This document shows positions 34,497-40,919 of a stretch of 64,000 nt of DNA, piece by piece. Origin of the DNA: Patescibacteria group bacterium (GTDB lineage Bacteria > Patescibacteriota > Patescibacteriia > XYB2-FULL-38-15); assembly GCA_041737355.1 (NCBI GenBank), contig JBGSRW010000008.1, forward strand, positions 24,466 to 88,465, in the 5' to 3' direction. A model generated the notes under the pieces. It was not told the origin of the DNA and made no database searches. It saw nothing but the letters and a program-made list of their open reading frames with translations. The translations under genes were made by a program, and so were the position numbers. How positions within the stretch are numbered: position 1 is the stretch's first letter; every line of letters begins with the position of its first letter.

Positions 34497-34721
34497 ATGG
34501 TTCAAGACAAAAGTAAGGAGTTTATCGAAGTTACCGGCCAGGTTGAGGAACTTTTGCCGGCTGCCACTTTTAAAATTAAATTGGACGACGGCCACGTGAT
34601 TTTGGGGCATCTTTCGGGAAAGATGAGATTGCACAAAATCAGGCTTCTTCCCGGAGATAAAGTGAAAGTGGAGATGACCCCGTACGACTTAACCAAGGGA
34701 AGGGTTGTTTACAGATTTTAA
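34497..34721 (+). CDS. infA: translation initiation factor IF-1
   Basis: 74 aa from ATG 34497 with an S1-like OB fold sequence ([34 protein letters not shown]...). Confidence 0.9.
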   Translation: MVQDKSKEFIEVTGQVEELLPAATFKIKLDDGHVILGHLSGKMRLHKIRLLPGDKVKVEMTPYDLTKGRVVYRF

Positions 34722-34728
34722 TAAAATT

Positions 34729-34842
34729 ATGAAAGTCAGAGCTTCAGTCAAAAAAATTTGCCCAGCTTGTAAGATTGTTAAACGCGGAAAGCGCATTTTT
34801 GTAATTTGTAAAACCCCTAAACATAAGCAACGACAAGGTTAA
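34729..34842 (+). CDS. rpmJ: 50S ribosomal protein L36
   Basis: Hand-translated: [37 protein letters not shown] (37 aa). It is below the ORF-track cutoff. Confidence 0.9.
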   Translation: MKVRASVKKICPACKIVKRGKRIFVICKTPKHKQRQG

Positions 34843-34853
34843 TTATCATACTT

Positions 34854-35246
34854 ATGGTTGTAAGAATAGCGGGATTAATTATCCCTCCGAACAAAAGAAT
34901 AGAAATTGCCCTGGCCTACCTTTACGGGATTGGTCCGTCTCAGGCAAAGAAAATTTTAGCTTCAGCCAAAATAAACCCTGATACGAGAACACAGGCCCTG
35001 ACCGAAGATGAGGTCGGGAAACTGAGAGAAATTATAGAAAAAAATTATAAGGTAGAGGGAGATTTAAAAAGAGATGTTTTTAGCAATATAAAACGGTTGA
35101 AAGAAATCGGATCATATCGGGGCATGAGACACGCCCGCAGCCTTCCGGTCCGCGGCCAGCGTACGAAAACTAATTCACGGACAGTCCGTGGCAACGTCAG
35201 AAGAACAATGGGCAGCGGCAGAAAACCGGCCGGACAAAAAACATAA
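34854..35246 (+). CDS. rpsM: 30S ribosomal protein S13
   Basis: [33 protein letters not shown]... in the conserved operon position. Confidence 0.95.
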   Translation: MVVRIAGLIIPPNKRIEIALAYLYGIGPSQAKKILASAKINPDTRTQALTEDEVGKLREIIEKNYKVEGDLKRDVFSNIKRLKEIGSYRGMRHARSLPVRGQRTKTNSRTVRGNVRRTMGSGRKPAGQKT

Positions 35247-35256
35247 TTTATAATTT

Positions 35257-35730
35257 ATGACAGACGAACAAGTAAAAAATAATGAAGCGGTGAACACCGA
35301 GGAAAAAAAAGCCTCAGGCAAGGCCGAAACCGCCGAAACAAAAGTCAAGACCGCCAAACCAAGAAAGAAAAAAGTCGTCAGACATGTTCCGATCGGCAGG
35401 GCTTATATTCAGGCAACATACAATAACACTATAGTTACTTTAACCGATCAAAACGGCAATGTGCTCAGCTGGTCGAGTTCCGGAATGTGCGGGTTTAAGG
35501 GACCGAAAAAATCCACCCCATATGCTTCTGGCATTGTGGTTAAAGACGCGGCCGATAAGGTTATTGATTACGGGCTTAAGGAACTAATTGTTTTCGTTAA
35601 AGGCGTCGGCCAGGGCCGGGAAGCGGCTGTAAGAGCTTTGAACGCCAACGGGTTCAATATTTTATCCATTAAAGATATGACTCCGATACCGCATAACGGT
35701 TGTCGGTCTCCTAAACCTAGGAGAGTATAA
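35257..35730 (+). CDS. rpsK: 30S ribosomal protein S11 with a Lys/Glu-rich N-terminal extension
   Basis: The core is [28 protein letters not shown]..., preceded by about 35 extra residues. Confidence 0.95.
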   Translation: MTDEQVKNNEAVNTEEKKASGKAETAETKVKTAKPRKKKVVRHVPIGRAYIQATYNNTIVTLTDQNGNVLSWSSSGMCGFKGPKKSTPYASGIVVKDAADKVIDYGLKELIVFVKGVGQGREAAVRALNANGFNILSIKDMTPIPHNGCRSPKPRRV

Positions 35731-35737
35731 CAGAAAT

Positions 35738-36367
35738 ATGGCAAGAAATTTAAAAGCAAGATGCGCAAGATGCCGTAGGGAGGGAGAAAAGCTCTTTTTG
35801 AAGGGTGAGCGTTGCTATATGACAAAATGCGGCGCTGTCCGCCGGCCATTTCCTCCGGGAATGCATGGACCTAAGGGAAAAATCAGGTTAACCGGTTACG
35901 GAATACAGCTCCGGGAAAAACAAAAGGCGAAACAAATTTACGGAATTCTGGAAAGACAATTCAGAAATTATTTTGATAAATCAAGTAAAAAGACCGGCGA
36001 TACGAGCGAATTTTTGCTTCAGCTTTTGGAGATGAGGCTTGATAACACTGTTTATCGCTTGGGTTTTGGAAAATCGCGCCAGCAGGCCAGACAGCTTGTC
36101 AACCACGGCCTTTTCTTTGTAAACGGAAAAAAGGTTTCAATTCCTGCTTATCAGGTTAAGGTTGGCGATATAATCTCAATAAAGCCGAGCGCGGCCAACA
36201 AGAAAGTTTTTCAGAATTTGCCGCAAACTCTTCAAAAATACGAAGCTCCCATCTGGCTTTCCTTGGATACCACCAAGCTTGAGGGCAAGGTTGTCCGCAA
36301 GCCGACCAAGGAAGACGTTAAAACTCAATTTGATATCAAAGTGATCATTGAATTTTATTCTCGCTAA
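35738..36367 (+). CDS. rpsD: 30S ribosomal protein S4
   Basis: The N-terminal Zn-ribbon form (CARCRREGEKLFLKGERC) and an S4 RNA-binding domain. Confidence 0.95.
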   Translation: MARNLKARCARCRREGEKLFLKGERCYMTKCGAVRRPFPPGMHGPKGKIRLTGYGIQLREKQKAKQIYGILERQFRNYFDKSSKKTGDTSEFLLQLLEMRLDNTVYRLGFGKSRQQARQLVNHGLFFVNGKKVSIPAYQVKVGDIISIKPSAANKKVFQNLPQTLQKYEAPIWLSLDTTKLEGKVVRKPTKEDVKTQFDIKVIIEFYSR

Positions 36368-36397
36368 TAAATTAAAAGAGTTTTTAAAAATTTTATT

Positions 36398-37216
36398 ATG
36401 GAGCCAATCATTTTACCCTCCAAAATAGAAATCAAAAAGGGAAAACTTCCGAACGAAGCGGTTGTTACTGTTGAACCGTGTTATTACGGTTACGGAACAA
36501 CTTTGGGCAACGCTCTCAGGCGCGTTATTATTTCCAGTTTGCCTGGAGCGGCAGCAACAGCGGTTAAAATCAAAGGGGTCCAGCATGAGTTTTCCACTAT
36601 TCCGCACGTCAAAGAAGACGTGATAGAAGTTCTTCTCAACTTGAAACAATTGAGAATGAAAGTCTATTCGACGGAGCCAGTAAGATTGGTTCTTAAAGCC
36701 AAGGGGGAAAAAGAAGTTACGGCCAAGGATATAGAAGATTCGGCCGACGTGGAGATAATCAATAAAGATCTGCACATCGCCGAAATGACAAGCAAAAACG
36801 CCGATCTGGAAATGGAAATTTTTGTAAGCCAGGGCCGCGGATATGTTCCGGTAGAGGCCAGAGAAAAGGAAAAATTGGAGCTTGGGGCGATTGCTATCGA
36901 TTCCATTTTTACTCCGATCAAAAATATCGGCTATAAGGTTGAGAATGTCCGCGTTGGCGATATAACAAACTACGACAAATTAACTTTGAATATTGAAACG
37001 GACGGAACTATTGCGCCGGAGGAAGCCTTGGAACAGGGGGTCAAGCTCTTAACCGATCATTTCAATCTTTTTCTTGGCAAGCCCGCGGCGGAAGAGGAAT
37101 CGGTTAAAGAGGAAACCGCCGAGGAGACTGAGCCGGCTGAAGAAAAAGAAGAGAAAGCGGATGACGCCGGAGAAAAGGCTAAGAAAAAAAGAGGAAGGCC
37201 AAAAAAGGCAAAATAG
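36398..37216 (+). CDS. rpoA: RNA polymerase alpha subunit: NTD only, with an acidic linker and a terminal AT-hook-like motif
   Basis: An alpha-NTD sequence up to about aa 227 (GTTLGNALRRVIISSLPGAA...). The 45-aa tail ends KKKRGRPKKAK. No HhH-type alpha-CTD is visible. Confidence 0.9.
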   Translation: MEPIILPSKIEIKKGKLPNEAVVTVEPCYYGYGTTLGNALRRVIISSLPGAAATAVKIKGVQHEFSTIPHVKEDVIEVLLNLKQLRMKVYSTEPVRLVLKAKGEKEVTAKDIEDSADVEIINKDLHIAEMTSKNADLEMEIFVSQGRGYVPVEAREKEKLELGAIAIDSIFTPIKNIGYKVENVRVGDITNYDKLTLNIETDGTIAPEEALEQGVKLLTDHFNLFLGKPAAEEESVKEETAEETEPAEEKEEKADDAGEKAKKKRGRPKKAK

Positions 37217-37239
37217 TCCCCGGTACGTAACTAAACCTT

Positions 37240-37590
37240 ATGAGACACAGAAAAAAAGGAAAAACTTTAGACAGGAAAGTCGGACCGCGCAAGGCATTGC
37301 TCAGGAACCTGGCGGTCAGCTTGATTTTGTATGAAAAAATACAAACAACTAAGGCAAAAGCTAAAACGATAAAACCGATCGTAGAAAGATTAATCACCAA
37401 GGGAAAGGTTAATACGCTTGTGGCGAGACGTAATCTTTTGAAATATTTGTACAAGGAGGCTGCCGTGAAAAAGATTCTTGAAGATATCGGACCCAGGTAT
37501 AAAGATAGAAAAGGCGGTTATACGAGAATTTTAAATCTTGGCCGGCGAGCGGGGGACGCGGCGGAAATTGTCCAAATTGAATTAGTGTAA
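37240..37590 (+). CDS. rplQ: 50S ribosomal protein L17
   Basis: MRHRKKGKTLDRKVGPRKALLRNLAVSLILYEKIQTT... in the conserved position after rpoA. Confidence 0.95.
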   Translation: MRHRKKGKTLDRKVGPRKALLRNLAVSLILYEKIQTTKAKAKTIKPIVERLITKGKVNTLVARRNLLKYLYKEAAVKKILEDIGPRYKDRKGGYTRILNLGRRAGDAAEIVQIELV

Positions 37591-37594
37591 ATTT

Positions 37595-37960
37595 ATGCCG
37601 AAAGCAACAATAAAAAGACAAACCCATACGATAGACGCGTCCGAGTTTACTCTCGGCAGATTGGCGGCAAAAGTCGCCCTACTTTTGCGTGGTAAGGGAA
37701 GGGCTTCTTTCCGTTTTGATCTTGATCAGGGAGACTTTGTCAATGTTATTAACGCCGCAAAAGTAAAATTTACGGGAAAAAAGTTTGTCCAGAAAAAATA
37801 TTTTTGGCATACATTTTATCCGGGCGGAGTAAAACAGCCTACCTTGAAAGAACTTTTTGAAAAAAGTCCGAAAAGAGTTATCTGGAAAGCGGTTTGGGGC
37901 ATGATTCCGAAGAACAGAACGCGAGAGAAAATAATCAAGAGGTTAAAAATCACTGAATAG
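37595..37960 (+). CDS. rplM: 50S ribosomal protein L13
   Basis: IDASEFTLGRLAAKVALLLRGK...FVNVINAAKVKFTGKK..., paired with S9. Confidence 0.9.
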   Translation: MPKATIKRQTHTIDASEFTLGRLAAKVALLLRGKGRASFRFDLDQGDFVNVINAAKVKFTGKKFVQKKYFWHTFYPGGVKQPTLKELFEKSPKRVIWKAVWGMIPKNRTREKIIKRLKITE

Positions 37961-37967
37961 ATAAAAT

Positions 37968-38519
37968 ATGACAGCGGAAACTAAAAAACCAAAAAAGACA
38001 ATAAAGGCGGTAAAAGCGGTAAAACCGGCGAAGAAAGCCGTGAAGAAAAAAATAATTCCGGCTAAAGCGGAAGTGGTTGAAGAAAAAGAAATAATACTTG
38101 AAGAAGAAAAAATGACCGAAGAAAAAAAATCTGGATATCTTTACGCGGTCGGCAGGAGAAAACAGGCGATTGCCACCGTTAAACTTCATAAAAATGGTAA
38201 GGGCAAAATAACCGTTAACGGAAAATTTTATACAGAATATTTCCCGACAGACGATTTAGAGCAGATTGTTTCCGCGCCTCTGAAATCGGTAGGCCAGGCA
38301 GATAAAGTCGATATTGAAGCAAAAGTTTTATCCGGCGGTAAGCACGGCCAAGCCGAAGCGGTCCGTTTGGGAATTTCCAGAGCTTTGGTGCTTCTAAACA
38401 TTAATTTTAAAAAAAATTTGAGAAAAGCCGGATTTTTGACCCGCGATCCGAGATCCAAAGAAAGAAAGAAACCGGGTTTAAAGAAGGCAAGGCGGGCGCC
38501 ACAATGGCAGAAACGTTAA
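37968..38519 (+). CDS. rpsI: 30S ribosomal protein S9 with a 55-aa Lys-rich N-terminal extension
   Basis: The core starts at YLYAVGRRKQAIATVKL and has the C-terminal ...KKARRAPQWQKR. Confidence 0.95.
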   Translation: MTAETKKPKKTIKAVKAVKPAKKAVKKKIIPAKAEVVEEKEIILEEEKMTEEKKSGYLYAVGRRKQAIATVKLHKNGKGKITVNGKFYTEYFPTDDLEQIVSAPLKSVGQADKVDIEAKVLSGGKHGQAEAVRLGISRALVLLNINFKKNLRKAGFLTRDPRSKERKKPGLKKARRAPQWQKR

Positions 38520-38528
38520 AGAAAAAAA

Positions 38529-38537
38529 TGCTATAAT
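38529..38537 (+). promoter_or_regulatory. extended -10 promoter (TGCTATAAT) for queA, embedded next to the upstream terminator
   Basis: An exact 9-mer. The predicted transcription start (about 38544) falls inside the 5' arm of the 38541-38560 hairpin. Confidence 0.45.
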
Positions 38538-38540
38538 AAA

Positions 38541-38565
38541 AGGGACGTTAATCCGTCCCTTTTTC
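38541..38565 (+). terminator. intrinsic terminator of the ribosomal-protein block
   Basis: AGGGACG (38541-38547) / CGTCCCT (38554-38560) followed by TTTTT. It ends 3 nt before the queA ATG. Confidence 0.7.
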
Positions 38566-38567
38566 GT

Positions 38568-39584
38568 ATGAAGCTATCCGAATTTGATTTTAATCTCCCG
38601 AAAAATTTGATTGCCCAAAAACCGGCCTCGCCGCGCGATGCCTGCCGGCTCATGGTGCTTGACCGTGAAAGGGAAACTATCCGGCACGATCGGTTTTATA
38701 ATCTCGGGAAATATTTGCAGCAAGGCGATGTTCTAGTTTTAAATAATTCCAAGGTTCTGCCGGCAAGATTATTGGGTAAAAAAGCGACGGGCGGCAAGGT
38801 GGAAATATTACTCCTGAAACAAGTTTCGTCGGCCACGTGGCAGTGTTTGGTCGGTTTTGTGCCGATAACTAAACAGGTTGGTTTGAAAATAAAGTTTAGC
38901 GGAAAATTAAGCGGTGAAATTATCAAAAGAGCAGGGGATACGGCCGTTATTAAATTTAATTTGAGCGGTACGAAATTAATGGAGAAAATTTTTGAAATCG
39001 GCCAGCCGCCGACCCCGCCGTATATAAAACGATTGGCTAAAAGTGCGGAATATCAAACTGTTTACGCGGAAAAGTTAGGATCGGTTGCCGCGCCAACCGC
39101 TGGAATGCATTTTACGAAACCCTTGATGAATCAATTAAAAAAGATGGGTGTGCAGATCGAATATATAACACTCCATGTCGGACTTGGCACTTTTCAACCG
39201 GTGAAAGAGGAAGATATTACGAAACACAAAATTCATAGCGAATATTTTGAACTAGATAAAAAAACCGCCGAGCGGCTGAACGAGGCCAAGCGCGCCGGCC
39301 GACGGATTATTGCCTGCGGAACAACTACAGTGCGGGTTTTGGAATCGAGCGTTCGCAGCGGAAAATTACGCGCCAAAAGCGGTGAAACAAGTATCTTCAT
39401 TTACCCCGGCTACAAATTAAAAGTCATCGACGCTTTAATTACAAATTTTCACGTGCCAAAATCAACGCTCATCATGCTCGTCGCCGCTTTCGCCGGAAAG
39501 AAATTCGTTGATTGTGCTTACCAAACCGCCATTAAGAAAAAATATAGATTCTATTCCTTCGGCGATTCAATGCTAATTTTATAA
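38568..39584 (+). CDS. queA: S-adenosylmethionine:tRNA ribosyltransferase-isomerase QueA
   Basis: MKLSEFDFNLPKNLIAQKPASPRDACRLMVL..., AAPTAGMHFT and TNFHVPKSTL. Confidence 0.9.
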   Translation: MKLSEFDFNLPKNLIAQKPASPRDACRLMVLDRERETIRHDRFYNLGKYLQQGDVLVLNNSKVLPARLLGKKATGGKVEILLLKQVSSATWQCLVGFVPITKQVGLKIKFSGKLSGEIIKRAGDTAVIKFNLSGTKLMEKIFEIGQPPTPPYIKRLAKSAEYQTVYAEKLGSVAAPTAGMHFTKPLMNQLKKMGVQIEYITLHVGLGTFQPVKEEDITKHKIHSEYFELDKKTAERLNEAKRAGRRIIACGTTTVRVLESSVRSGKLRAKSGETSIFIYPGYKLKVIDALITNFHVPKSTLIMLVAAFAGKKFVDCAYQTAIKKKYRFYSFGDSMLIL

Positions 39585-39585
39585 A

Positions 39586-39615
39586 TTGACTAATACGCAG
39601 AAATAGTTCTAAATA
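39586..39615 (+). promoter_or_regulatory. candidate promoter of the GC-rich island d
   Basis: TTGACT (39586-39591), an 18-nt spacer, TAAATA (39610-39615). The SD AGGAGGG follows. Confidence 0.4.
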
Positions 39616-39635
39616 AAACTAGAAGGAGGGTAGCT

Positions 39636-39821
39636 ATGGCAGAAGAAAATAGCGGGAAACCGCGGGATGATCGAAGTGATCGCGACCGTGATGTTCCAGG
39701 AATGCCCAAGGGATGGCGGCCCGGAGACCTGATCGTGATTCCGCTTGGACCTGAAGACGAATTTCCTGAGAGCAGGATGGATTTCTCTCTCCCGTTCTGG
39801 GTGGGAACGCCCGTGGAGTAG
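39636..39821 (+). CDS. orphan acidic/charged small protein, 61 aa
   Basis: SD GAAGGAGGG sits 6 nt before the ATG, and the gene has its own terminator. The GC-rich region is open in several frames, so the frame choice rests on the SD and start codon. Confidence 0.45.
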   Translation: MAEENSGKPRDDRSDRDRDVPGMPKGWRPGDLIVIPLGPEDEFPESRMDFSLPFWVGTPVE

Positions 39822-39856
39822 CTCGGCCCAATCTCCACTACTGCTTGTGCCATCAT

Positions 39857-39887
39857 CGGCGCCGAGCTCCGCTCGCGCCGTTTTTTT
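39857..39887 (+). terminator. intrinsic terminator
   Basis: CGGCGCCGAGC, loop TCC, GCTCGCGCCG (one bulge), followed by TTTTTTT. Confidence 0.8.
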
Positions 39888-39892
39888 ATCCA

Positions 39893-39920
39893 TTGATTTT
39901 TTATATTAGTATGGTAAGGT
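39893..39920 (+). promoter_or_regulatory. candidate promoter of the 39948 gene
   Basis: TTGATT (39893-39898), a 16-nt spacer, TAAGGT (39915-39920), with TG at 39912-39913 (extended -10). Confidence 0.45.
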
Positions 39921-39947
39921 AAATCGATTTCCTAAAGGAGGGAGGGA

Positions 39948-40814
39948 ATGCAAAAAAAGGAGATGTCTCCTGAAAGTGTGAGCGAGTGCGCTCGTCTGAC
40001 TGAAGCGGAACTGGCCAACTTGGGCGTTGTCCTTTCCGCCTACCGTTCTTTCCGAGGCGACCGGCGTCGACATATCGCCTACGTCACGATGCCGATCACG
40101 ACCGGCCGGCGGTTGCGCGACATCCTGACAACGCGCCACGCGAAGAGCGCCGCAGAACTTGCGGCCAAAATCGGCAGAGAGGCCTTTTTTGACCTCGTGA
40201 TCAGACCAAACATCGCGGAGGGAATTGCTTTTGCCGACAGAGTCGCAGCAAGGGATTCACTGCTTTGCGTTGCGCCTTCGGTGTTCAGTGCCAGGTGCTG
40301 GCAATGGTCGCAGGATGCCTACATGTCCCTTTGGTACCGCGTTCTGGGAGAAATGGCCGGAGCGCATTATCTCATGGACGGCTGGGAATACTCCGTCGGC
40401 GGCGTGAAAGAAGCGATGTTTTCCATGGCCATGCAGTGGCGCATCTTCCGGCGCTACAACATCCACAAGATGGCGCAGGCCTGGGGTCTAGAGAATTTTC
40501 ATCCCGGCATGAGCCCGCAAGCGGAAATAGCCGAGCTTGAGCGCATGTGGAGCATCCGCCTTTACGACGAACAGGGCAAGGAACTTCGCATCGATCAAAT
40601 CCTGGCGATGGTTGTTCGCGCAATCAAGGAGCTGGCAAAAAACGGCTTGCCGTACGAGGATCTGCTCGGCCCCGCCCGGAACCTGAAGGGGATGCCCATA
40701 CTGTCACCGCTTATCGGCGGCGGCAACCGGTATGACGAGCCGTTTGTTCCGGAAGTGACGGATGCGTACGTGATGGCGGCAGATGAGCTCGTGGCATTCG
40801 AGGCCGCCCATTAA
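39948..40814 (+). CDS. nucleoside 2-deoxyribosyltransferase-like (DUF4406-like) domain protein with an unknown C-terminal domain, GC-rich
   Basis: IAYVTMPITTG ... W.QDAYMSLWYRVLGEMAGAHYLMDGWEYSVGGVKEAMFSMAM fits my recollection of the DUF4406 pattern (hYhAGPhoG ... GWE.S.G...E...A). SD is AAAGGAGGGAGGG. Confidence 0.55.
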   Translation: MQKKEMSPESVSECARLTEAELANLGVVLSAYRSFRGDRRRHIAYVTMPITTGRRLRDILTTRHAKSAAELAAKIGREAFFDLVIRPNIAEGIAFADRVAARDSLLCVAPSVFSARCWQWSQDAYMSLWYRVLGEMAGAHYLMDGWEYSVGGVKEAMFSMAMQWRIFRRYNIHKMAQAWGLENFHPGMSPQAEIAELERMWSIRLYDEQGKELRIDQILAMVVRAIKELAKNGLPYEDLLGPARNLKGMPILSPLIGGGNRYDEPFVPEVTDAYVMAADELVAFEAAH

Positions 40815-40842
40815 CGCGGCAGGAGTCGCTCATAGTCGAGAT

Positions 40843-40876
40843 AACGACGCGGACAGCAGTTTGCGTCGTTCTTTTT
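40843..40876 (+). terminator. intrinsic terminator
   Basis: AACGACGC (40843-40850) / GCGTCGTT (40863-40870) followed by CTTTTT. Confidence 0.75.
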
Positions 40877-40877
40877 A

Positions 40878-40906
40878 TTGATTTTTTCTATAAATCGCGG
40901 TAAAAT
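40878..40906 (+). promoter_or_regulatory. promoter of the flippase/glycosyltransferase pair
   Basis: TTGATT (40878-40883), a 17-nt spacer, TAAAAT (40901-40906). The ATG lies 14 nt downstream with no SD, so the mRNA is near-leaderless. Confidence 0.5.
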
Positions 40907-40919
40907 TGGATAATTACTT

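Noticed and set aside
39590-39893. Three minus-strand ORFs (65-94 aa) overlapping the 61-aa plus-strand ORF.
   Set aside because: The local sequence is GC-rich and stop-poor, and no minus-strand start signals exist. The plus-strand unit has a promoter, SD and terminator. Whether the segment is coding at all remains uncertain, hence the low confidence.
39892-40887. ATTGATTTTTT direct repeats (39892-39902 and 40877-40887) flanking the NDT-like gene, and TTGACA boxes on both sides of the 57931 gene, read as target-site duplications.
   Set aside because: Both copies are a terminator T-run followed by a -35 box. That arrangement recurs at ordinary gene boundaries in this compact genome (for example 58311-58325), so similarity of regulatory grammar explains it better than insertion scars.
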